Assembly: GCF_048260245.1 (NCBI RefSeq)
Contig: NZ_JBLXGZ010000011.1
Location: 960-64,959, forward strand
Direction of reading: 5' to 3'
Source of the DNA: Kordiimonas sp.
GTDB lineage: Bacteria > Pseudomonadota > Alphaproteobacteria > Sphingomonadales > Kordiimonadaceae
DNA: 64,000 nt
The stretch's first letter is position 1. Each line of letters opens with the position of its first letter. The notes beneath the pieces are model-generated. The model saw only the letters and a list, made by a program, of their open reading frames with translations, made no database searches and had not been told where the DNA came from. Position numbers and translations under genes: made by a program. Positions 27,462-34,773 of the stretch are shown piece after piece.

Positions 27462-28195
27462 TGGACATTGAAGGCTGTGTTGCCCTGGTGACGGGAGGTA
27501 ACCGGGGGATCGGTTTGGGCTTTGTGTCCGAGTTGGTCAGGGCAGGAGCCAAAAAGGTGTATGTCGGCTGCCGATCACTGGCTGACGGTGAGGCCATTGC
27601 AGCTACTGACCCCGAGTATCTTGTTGCCCTTGAGCTTGATGTGACAAATGCGGATCAGGTTGCTGCCGCCGCTGCCAAATGCACGGACGTGTCGCTGTTG
27701 GTTAATAATGCTGGGGCTTTCCTCAATCAGCGGCTGATTAGAGCGGACACCATGGATGCGATGCGTACCGAGATGGAGGTCAATTATTTCGGTGTCGTGG
27801 CGATGTGCCGTGCGTTTGCGCCCGTGCTCAAGTCGAACGGCGGGGGTGCCATTGTGAATGTGCTGTCGGCGGGCGGTATTGTCGCTGTGCCGGGCATGGG
27901 CGGCTACAGCCCGTCAAAATTCGCGTCGCGGGCAGCAAGTACCTGTATGCGTGCGGAACTGGCGGGGCAGGGTACCACCATATCGGCGTTGATTGTCGGC
28001 TCGGTTGATACCCGCATGGCGGCACATATCAAGCGGGATAAATCCTCACCGGAGGCCATTGGTCGTGCGGGTATCGCGGCCGCAAAATCCGGCGTTGAAG
28101 AAATGGACACTGACGCGCACGCCATGGAAGTGCGCGCTGCGCTGCACCGTGACCCGAAGGGGTTGGCGGACGCAATGGCGGCGGCGGTTCGCTAG
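27461..28195 (+). CDS. SDR family oxidoreductase
   Basis: 244 aa. ALVTGGNRGIGLGF and catalytic YSPSKFA. The start overlaps the upstream stop (TAATG). Confidence 0.85.
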   Translation: MDIEGCVALVTGGNRGIGLGFVSELVRAGAKKVYVGCRSLADGEAIAATDPEYLVALELDVTNADQVAAAAAKCTDVSLLVNNAGAFLNQRLIRADTMDAMRTEMEVNYFGVVAMCRAFAPVLKSNGGGAIVNVLSAGGIVAVPGMGGYSPSKFASRAASTCMRAELAGQGTTISALIVGSVDTRMAAHIKRDKSSPEAIGRAGIAAAKSGVEEMDTDAHAMEVRAALHRDPKGLADAMAAAVR

Positions 28196-28212
28196 AGAAG
28201 GAATTATTATTT

Positions 28213-28740
28213 ATGGCTAATACAGTTGAGACCATGCTTGCCAAGCAGGATATCCGTGATGTGCTGACCAATTATGCCCGTGCGGTCGACCGGGCTGACG
28301 CACCACTGTTGAAATCTTGCTATCACGCGGATGCGATTGAAGAACACGGCAATACTTACACAGGTCCTGCACATGCTTATGCGGACGGTGCGGCGGAGCG
28401 GTTGATGAAGCTCAAGCACCCGATGGCGCACTATGTTTGCAATATCCATGTCGACCTTGATCTTGAGGCGGGTGTGGCATTTGTGGAAAGTTACCTGCTG
28501 ACTTTCGCCCGGTTCGACAAGGGGCAAGAGCCATGGGACACGCTCACCGGCGGGCGTATTGTTGACCGGTTTGAATGTCGGGATGGTGAGTGGAAAATTG
28601 CCCACCGTAAAATGGCGTTTGACTGGAACCGCGATATGCCTGTAGCCGAGGGTTGGTGCCTTGGCCTCTTCAAGCCGGAAGACCCGCGGGTGATCATGGG
28701 GACACGGGGAAGCGCCGATCTTTCATATCAGCGTTTTTAA
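28213..28740 (+). CDS. NTF2-fold protein, SnoaL_4-like
   Basis: 175 aa. KQDIRDVLTNYARAVDRADAPLLKSCYHADA...RDGEWKIAHRKMAFDWN. Confidence 0.75.
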   Translation: MANTVETMLAKQDIRDVLTNYARAVDRADAPLLKSCYHADAIEEHGNTYTGPAHAYADGAAERLMKLKHPMAHYVCNIHVDLDLEAGVAFVESYLLTFARFDKGQEPWDTLTGGRIVDRFECRDGEWKIAHRKMAFDWNRDMPVAEGWCLGLFKPEDPRVIMGTRGSADLSYQRF

Positions 28741-28770
28741 CCCGCCCTGGTCCGCAGCGAGTATGCTGGC

Positions 28771-29193
28771 TCAGCGTTCAAGGTCGGCAACAAGGTTGTC
28801 CCAGACTGCGCTGGACCTGGCGGCCTTCGCCGCTTTGAGCACATCATAATCAAAATAGTCGCGCCAGCGCCGCACCTTGCCGTCCTCGAATTCCATGACA
28901 CCCATGTAAGGCATACGGACAGTAATGCCTTCCGGGTCGGTATATTCGTCAATACCCTCAATCATCAGGGTATCGCCGACTTCAAACGCGCGGATGATAC
29001 GCCAGCGAATATCTGACTGGCCTTTGCCGAATTTAAGCAGGAAACGCTCGACATTGTTGCGCCCCTCAAGGGGCGGTGTCCCAACATGGTAGTGATAAAC
29101 GACATCCGGGTGCAGGTGGTCTAGCACAGCTTCGACATCATCGACCTTCCAGGCGTTGATAACGGCGTCAAGCGTTGCACGATGGTTGCTCAT
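28771..29193 (-). CDS. NTF2-fold protein, limonene-1,2-epoxide-hydrolase-like
   Basis: 140 aa with no signal peptide. C-terminal block FEDGKVRRWRDYFDY resembles the LEH family. Paralogue of 31326-31808. Confidence 0.6.
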   Translation of the reverse strand: MSNHRATLDAVINAWKVDDVEAVLDHLHPDVVYHYHVGTPPLEGRNNVERFLLKFGKGQSDIRWRIIRAFEVGDTLMIEGIDEYTDPEGITVRMPYMGVMEFEDGKVRRWRDYFDYDVLKAAKAARSSAVWDNLVADLER

Positions 29194-29258
29194 ATCTTTC
29201 CTTCCTTAGCGAGGTTGTGAGGTGTGCCGTTTTCCGTTGGCATAGCTTCTGTCTTTTG

Positions 29259-29277
29259 TTACTTTCATAACAAAACC
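29259..29277 (+). promoter_or_regulatory. island motif copy e: TTACTTTCATAACAAAACC
   Basis: Lies in the divergent gap between 28771-29193 (-) and the ligase gene (+), 106-124 nt upstream of ATG 29383. Confidence 0.6.
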
Positions 29278-29382
29278 TTATAGGGCGTGGGGCACTGCGT
29301 CAATTGAGAAGATGTGCGGCATAAGCCTATATATTTTCGGTATAAGCCTCGAATGGACAATGACGTTGGGGAGGATAAAAGT

Positions 29383-31233
29383 ATGATAAAGCAACTTGAT
29401 TTAGGGTCTATTCCTTACCGCTCAATCGACCTGCCGGCGGTCGATATCAGCCGTGTGGAACGCCCGGACGGGACCTTGATCCTTGAAAACAATATCGCCC
29501 TGCCGCCTTTCGATCCCCTGTTATATGGTCACCTGAAAAGACAGGCATCTGCGCAGCCAACAAAAACTGCACTGGCAGAGCGAAACCGGGAGACAGGTGA
29601 GTGGCGCTGCCTCAGCTTTGCGGAGATGTTTGCTTATGTATGTTCGGCCGCGCAGGGGCTGCTCAATCTGGGTGGCGGCCCTGACCGGCCATTGATGATC
29701 CTGTCCGGTAACAGTATAGCCCATGCGCTGATGCGGTTTGGCGCCATTGTCGCTGGTGTGCCGGTATGCCCGGTGAGCGAAAACTATGCGCTGATGCCCG
29801 GAAGCCATGACCGGTTGAAACATGTGTATCAACTGGTGAAGCCTGGTATTTTGTTTGCGGAAGGCGGCGCGCCCTTTAATGCGGCTCTTTTATCGCTGGG
29901 GCTTGATGGTCAAACGGTGATCAGCGCCGATCCAGACGGTCTACCCGTGCCGGGACTTAAACTTGAAACCCTGTTAAACACGGTGCCAGCGCCGGACCTT
30001 GAGACACACATCCTCAGCCGTGACCCGGACCAGCACGCAGCCTATATGCTGACCTCGGGCTCCACTGGCCGGCCAAAGGCGGTGGTCCACAGCCAGCGTA
30101 TGGTATTGACAAGCCTGTTTCAGGCGTATGCCGTATTGGGCGAGGCCATGGGCTGGCAGGATCGTTTGCTGGACTGGCTGCCCTGGAGTCATGTCTCAGG
30201 CGCGACCAACTTGACGGGCGCTACAGTTTTTGGCGGTAGCTTTTATGTCGATGACGGTAAACCCGCGCCGGGCCTTTTTGAGAAAACCCTTCGTAATCTT
30301 AAAGATCTCTCCGTGCCGTACTTCGCCAATGTGCCCTTTGGCTATGCGATGCTGGTGGATGCACTGGAGGCAGATGCCGACCTGAGGCGTGCTTTTTTCA
30401 AGAATCTGCATCTTATGCTTTATGGTGGGGCTGGCTTGCCGCAAGCGACGTATGAGCGCCTTCAGTCGATGGCTGTCGAAGAAGTAGGGGCCAGAATATT
30501 CATTACCACTGGTTACGGCGCTACTGAAACGACATCGGGATGCATGGCAATTTTCTTTGATAGCCATATGGTTGGCGTTGGCCTGCCGTTGCCGGGTCTT
30601 ACTGTCAAGTTGGTGCCGGCGGGAGATGCGTTTGAGGTGCGAATGAAGGGCGACAATGTGATGTCGGGCTATCTCGATGACCCGGCTCAAACGTCTAAAA
30701 GTTTTGACGAGGAGGGCTTCTACCAACTTGGTGACAAGTTAAATTTTCATGAACCAGACAATATCGCGGCAGGCTTATATTTTGCTGGGCGACTGGCGGA
30801 GGAGTTCAAGTTAGGGACAGGGTCCTGGGTATCGGGCGGCAGGGTGCGCGGTGGGCTGATTGCGGCGCTGTCGCCACTGGTTAGTGATCTTATTCTTTGC
30901 GGCGAAGGGCGTGATGAACTGGCAGTTTTGGCGGTGCCGAACGCCTTGGGGCTCGCGGGCCTCGCTGGAGGTGAGGTGGCTGGGAACCCGCTGGAAAATA
31001 TTGCCATCAGGCGGGCGATGTCCGGGAAGCTGCAAAGCTGGAACGCTGCCAACCCCGGGAAATCAACGCGTATCGGGCGCTTTGCCTTTCTTGAAAAACC
31101 GCTCAGTGCTGACTGTCACGAGGTTTCGGATAAAGGCACGATCAACCAAGCGGCTGCTATCCGCAACCGAGCGGAGGAAGTGGAGCAGCTATACGCAGAT
31201 AGTCCGGGCGAATTTGTTTTGGCTTGTGACTGA
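29383..31233 (+). CDS. AMP-binding acyl-CoA synthetase, feruloyl-CoA-synthase-like
   Basis: I moved the start to ATG 29383 after GGGGAGGATAAAAGT. LTSGSTGRPKAV motif, GYGATETT, and a long N-terminal region like Fcs-type ligases. Confidence 0.8.
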   Translation: MIKQLDLGSIPYRSIDLPAVDISRVERPDGTLILENNIALPPFDPLLYGHLKRQASAQPTKTALAERNRETGEWRCLSFAEMFAYVCSAAQGLLNLGGGPDRPLMILSGNSIAHALMRFGAIVAGVPVCPVSENYALMPGSHDRLKHVYQLVKPGILFAEGGAPFNAALLSLGLDGQTVISADPDGLPVPGLKLETLLNTVPAPDLETHILSRDPDQHAAYMLTSGSTGRPKAVVHSQRMVLTSLFQAYAVLGEAMGWQDRLLDWLPWSHVSGATNLTGATVFGGSFYVDDGKPAPGLFEKTLRNLKDLSVPYFANVPFGYAMLVDALEADADLRRAFFKNLHLMLYGGAGLPQATYERLQSMAVEEVGARIFITTGYGATETTSGCMAIFFDSHMVGVGLPLPGLTVKLVPAGDAFEVRMKGDNVMSGYLDDPAQTSKSFDEEGFYQLGDKLNFHEPDNIAAGLYFAGRLAEEFKLGTGSWVSGGRVRGGLIAALSPLVSDLILCGEGRDELAVLAVPNALGLAGLAGGEVAGNPLENIAIRRAMSGKLQSWNAANPGKSTRIGRFAFLEKPLSADCHEVSDKGTINQAAAIRNRAEEVEQLYADSPGEFVLACD

Positions 31234-31250
31234 CAAAGCAGTGTTCAGGC

Positions 31251-31280
31251 ATAAAAAAGCCCCGCACAGAGATGCGGGGC
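31251..31280 (-). terminator. Rho-independent terminator for the minus-strand NTF2 gene
   Basis: GCCCCGCA (31259-31266) pairs with TGCGGGGC (31273-31280). On the minus strand it is followed by TTTTTTAT. Confidence 0.7.
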
Positions 31281-31296
31281 GTAAGGCGAAAAACCC

Positions 31297-31321
31297 GGGG
31301 GCCAGACCCCCCTGAATTTTT
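31297..31321 (+). terminator. Rho-independent terminator for the plus-strand ligase gene
   Basis: GGGGG (31297-31301) pairs with CCCCC (31307-31311), followed by CTGAATTTTT. The stem is short. Confidence 0.5.
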
Positions 31322-31325
31322 ACGC

Positions 31326-31808
31326 CTAATGTTTTTCAAGAGCTGGGCTGTCGATTTCACGGATCCCCATTTGGCCGAGTAACTGAGCCCGGTCATAATA
31401 TTCGCGCCATTCCTGTACATGGCCGTCCTTGATTACAAGTACGCCGACCACTGGCACAGCACCGTGTAGATCACCGATGTTGAAATCGTCTACCCTTTCC
31501 AGGAAAACGACGTTTCCGTTTACGGCAACATTCTTGAGTGTCAGTTCCAGACGGGTTGCGCCGTTCAATACCGCGCCGATATGAGTGCGCAGCATTTCAC
31601 GGCCCTGAATGGGGTCAATCATCACCGAATGCAGCACGCCGTCTTCGGCGAACAATTCAGCGATGCGATTGACGTCGAGGTCGTTCCAGGCCTGGACCAT
31701 CGCATTTGCGACCTCCAGTGCGCCGGTTTCTTCATCAGATTGCGCGCAGACCTGAGGGCTGGCAGCGAGGAGCAGCCCGATTGCTGCGGTTTTGAGACTT
31801 TTGATCAT
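31326..31808 (-). CDS. secreted NTF2-fold protein, limonene-1,2-epoxide-hydrolase-like
   Basis: The track start at 31943 overlaps the receptor gene. ATG 31808 gives MIKSLKTAAIGLLLAASPQVCAQSDEE (signal peptide) and 160 aa. The block IKDGHVQEWREYYD is LEH-like. Confidence 0.65.
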   Translation of the reverse strand: MIKSLKTAAIGLLLAASPQVCAQSDEETGALEVANAMVQAWNDLDVNRIAELFAEDGVLHSVMIDPIQGREMLRTHIGAVLNGATRLELTLKNVAVNGNVVFLERVDDFNIGDLHGAVPVVGVLVIKDGHVQEWREYYDRAQLLGQMGIREIDSPALEKH

Positions 31809-31836
31809 GATTATACTCCGGGGTTTGGAAGGAGAG

Positions 31837-31871
31837 GGCGGGCCTGTGGACACTACCGTGCCAGGCCCGCC
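31837..31871 (-). promoter_or_regulatory. intercistronic 10-bp perfect hairpin between the receptor and secreted NTF2 genes
   Basis: GGCGGGCCTG (31837-31846) pairs with CAGGCCCGCC (31862-31871) around a 15-nt loop. There is no U-tract. Confidence 0.6.
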
Positions 31872-31878
31872 GACATAT

Positions 31879-34203
31879 TTAGAAATCCAGCGAGAGTTCG
31901 AAACCGTAGGTCCGCGGGGTTCCAAGGGTGGACACTTCATCACCCAAAAAGGCGATGATGTTCGTGCGGTATAAGGTGTTGGTCAGGTTTTTGCCCCAGA
32001 CCGAGAAAGTCCAATTGGCGTCTGCCGGGCTGAGGCTGATGCGGGCATCAAGAAGGCCGTAACTATCCTCATACTGGAAGTTGTCCGGCAGCCAATATAG
32101 TTTGCCTTGCTGGGAGTAGTTGACCCGCATGCTGAGCGCATCACTCATGTCCATGAAGTCGGTGGTCAGCTCTGCGCCCACATTAAACTGATAGTTTGGT
32201 GTACGCTGTAGGTTGCCGCCTGAATTATCCAGGCCGTTGCCGTCAATGAAGTCCTTATACTCGGTATCGAGCAAAGTGCCCGCTGCCCATAGGAATAGCG
32301 CATCGGTTACGACAAACTGCAACTCGGTCTCGACGCCGCGGATCGTCGCATCCGCGGCATTATCGGTGATGTTGCAAAGGCAACCGTCATCGGTCTGGGT
32401 AACCTGAAGGTTTTTGTAGTCCATGGAGAAAGCGGCGGTGTTGAGCCGGGCCCGGCCGTCGAGAAATTCCCACTTCATGCCAAGCTCGAAACTGGTCACT
32501 GTCTCCGGATCATAGGCGATCTGCGCAGCGGTGGCATTGGCGGGCGTGTCTTCAAACCCGCCCCCTTTATACCCTTTGGCCGCACTGGCGTAGAGCATGA
32601 TGTCCGTGGTTGGTGTGAACTCTAGTATCGCTTGTGGTGTAACCTCGCTCCAGCTTTCGCCATAGTCGGTGGTGAAACTTTCACCTTCAAGCAAACCGAC
32701 AATCGGGGTCAGGGAGACGGGGTCGTCAGGGTTGAACTGGTCGCCGGTCTCGATCGCGGTGCCGGTGACAGTACCGGTTTTTTTGTCATGAGAGTAACGC
32801 ACGCCTGCGGTCAGCTTCCAGGCTTCGGCAAACTGATAGCCAGCTTGCGCAAAGGCAGCATAGTTGGTTGTTTTACCCACGTTGTCCCAATGGGATTCGC
32901 CGGAGATAGTGGGTAGCGGGAACGGAATTTCGCCCCAATATTTGTCGAACTTGTCCACTTTGTCATGCTGGAAATAGGCGCCGACGATCCAGTCGAACTT
33001 GCTATCGGCATAATCGCTGGTGAGCCTGAGTTCCTGACTGATCTGTTTAATGTCTTCTTCTTCGTTCACAGGGAACGAGAATGCGAACGGGCTGATTACA
33101 CCAAACCCGCTGTCCGGTCCTGCGCCCGATTGATCATACACACCTGTCGCGTCACCACTGCGGTACCCTGTGATACTGGTCAGGACCATGTCGTCACCCA
33201 ACGGCTTTTCCATATTCAGGGTGATACTGAAGGCTTCACGGTCATGGCCCTGGGGGGTGTCAAAACTGTCCCCTTTGTAGCGCGGGTGCTCAGGCAGACT
33301 TTCGCGGATATCAAGTCCTCCCTCACGGTTTGCGGCAATAAAGGCACGGGTGGTGCTCCATGGATTGGCGCCGGGGTTGTTCGGGTCAGGGATAGCGACC
33401 CGATGAATACCGTTGGAGCTGTCTTTCATATAATCGATGATCAGGCGCGCCTGAAAATCGGAATCGTCCGGTGTGAACATCAACTGACCGCGCATCTGGA
33501 TAGAATCAAGATTGTCCAAGTCCCGCTCATGCAACACATCACGGTTATATCCGTCATGGTGACGTGCCTGAAAAGAGAAGCGTCCGGAAACGCTGTCGCT
33601 CAAGCCGCCAGTGACGTAGCCTGACGCATGCACGGCATTATAGTTACCGTAGCCGAACGTCATGTGCGCCACCCCTTCTTGCTGCGGCTTTGCCGTGATG
33701 ATGCTGATAGCGCCACCAACAACATTTCGTCCCAGAAGTACACCTTGCGGTCCGCGAACAACCTCTACGCGCTCAATGTCGTAAAAATCTGCGTTCAGTA
33801 GTCCGGAGCGGCCAACATAAACGTCATCGACAAAAATGCCGATCGATTGGTCGGCTGATGGCGCGTCAAGGCGAGTGTTGGTAATGCCCCGGATGTTGAA
33901 CTCCTGATCGAGTGGCGAATTCTCAGTGTAAGAAAGTGACGCCACGCTGCGCGCTAGGTCAGAGTAGTTATAGATACGATCTTTTTCGAGAGTGGCGCCT
34001 GTTACTGCCGATACCGCCAGAGCACTATCTTGCAGCCCAACCTCCCGACGTTGGGACGTGATGACAATTTCCTCCAGTCTGGAGACTGTTTCGGCGTCTT
34101 GTTCAGCGATTCCGGTATCTGCGGTTTGGCCTGCGTAAGTGGCTGACGAGGCGAGCAGAGCCGTCATGACCGCAACAAAAGATGTTGCTGTTTTATAATG
34201 CAT
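31879..34203 (-). CDS. TonB-dependent receptor
   Basis: I moved the start to ATG 34203 after GGAAGGAAACAGAC. Signal peptide MHYKTATSFVAVMTALLASSATYAG; plug EEIVITSQRREVGLQDSALAVSAV; terminal ELSLDF with C-terminal Phe. Confidence 0.9.
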   Translation of the reverse strand: MHYKTATSFVAVMTALLASSATYAGQTADTGIAEQDAETVSRLEEIVITSQRREVGLQDSALAVSAVTGATLEKDRIYNYSDLARSVASLSYTENSPLDQEFNIRGITNTRLDAPSADQSIGIFVDDVYVGRSGLLNADFYDIERVEVVRGPQGVLLGRNVVGGAISIITAKPQQEGVAHMTFGYGNYNAVHASGYVTGGLSDSVSGRFSFQARHHDGYNRDVLHERDLDNLDSIQMRGQLMFTPDDSDFQARLIIDYMKDSSNGIHRVAIPDPNNPGANPWSTTRAFIAANREGGLDIRESLPEHPRYKGDSFDTPQGHDREAFSITLNMEKPLGDDMVLTSITGYRSGDATGVYDQSGAGPDSGFGVISPFAFSFPVNEEEDIKQISQELRLTSDYADSKFDWIVGAYFQHDKVDKFDKYWGEIPFPLPTISGESHWDNVGKTTNYAAFAQAGYQFAEAWKLTAGVRYSHDKKTGTVTGTAIETGDQFNPDDPVSLTPIVGLLEGESFTTDYGESWSEVTPQAILEFTPTTDIMLYASAAKGYKGGGFEDTPANATAAQIAYDPETVTSFELGMKWEFLDGRARLNTAAFSMDYKNLQVTQTDDGCLCNITDNAADATIRGVETELQFVVTDALFLWAAGTLLDTEYKDFIDGNGLDNSGGNLQRTPNYQFNVGAELTTDFMDMSDALSMRVNYSQQGKLYWLPDNFQYEDSYGLLDARISLSPADANWTFSVWGKNLTNTLYRTNIIAFLGDEVSTLGTPRTYGFELSLDF

Positions 34204-34319
34204 GTCTGTTTCCTTCCCCATGGTGTCCCGGCGCCGCCTTCCCTGCCGCGCCCCCTTGCTGGTCGTTTGATCCGAAAGGGGTGGGAGCCTCCGGTTATCA
34301 CGTTAAGCGCGATATAGTA

Positions 34320-34338
34320 GGTATGTCAATGCAAGTTT
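34320..34338 (-). promoter_or_regulatory. island motif copy f: AAACTTGCATTGACATACC (minus-strand reading)
   Basis: Lies 117-135 nt upstream of the receptor start at 34203 and is oriented with that gene. Confidence 0.6.
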
Positions 34339-34410
34339 ATATAGGAGTGGGTAAATAGAAAAATATCGGCTTATTAATAACATTAATAGGTCTTGTCGTG
34401 AGGGTTCTAA

Positions 34411-34429
34411 TTAGTTTTATAAAAATACC
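34411..34429 (+). promoter_or_regulatory. island motif copy g: TTAGTTTTATAAAAATACC
   Basis: Lies in the 570-bp receptor/thiolase divergent gap. Confidence 0.5.
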
Positions 34430-34543
34430 AAAGGTTGAAAGGAAACCTACAGCGTCGTCGGAAGTGCTTGAAAATCAGCAGCTATTTGTCTGCGAACAAT
34501 CGCCAAAGTAGCGTTTTTCTATTTGTTGGTATTGACCCTAGCA

Positions 34544-34562
34544 TAAATTGCATACCGATACC
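34544..34562 (+). promoter_or_regulatory. island motif copy h: TAAATTGCATACCGATACC
   Basis: Same gap, 212-230 nt upstream of ATG 34774. Confidence 0.5.
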
Positions 34563-34681
34563 ATAAATGCCGAATGCCGGGTAAATCCGTTGGTGGCGAT
34601 CCTCGTGGAAGCTAAAAATAGGAAAAAAATATCGATTCTTTGTCAGGGTCAGAGTCATTGACAGCGCGGTTTTGCCTCAAT

Positions 34682-34700
34682 AGTATTGTTAAGCAAGTTA
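34682..34700 (-). promoter_or_regulatory. island motif copy i: TAACTTGCTTAACAATACT (minus-strand reading)
   Basis: Same gap, 74-92 nt upstream of ATG 34774. This is the weakest of the nine copies. Confidence 0.45.
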
Positions 34701-34773
34701 TGTAGCAGCTGACCATTAGCTGGCCATGGCCGGTGCCGTTCCGGGCCGCGCTTATCAAGGTCCGGAGAACTTT

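Noticed and set aside
17665-34700. Reading the 19-bp island motif as a promoter (sigma-70 -35/-10, ECF AAC-type, or sigma-54 GG-N10-GC).
   Set aside because: Conservation is one contiguous 17-19-nt block. Sequences at the expected -10 distance downstream are not conserved between copies, and no GG lies 10 nt upstream of the TTGCAT-like GC. An operator is the better reading, though overlap with a promoter cannot be excluded.
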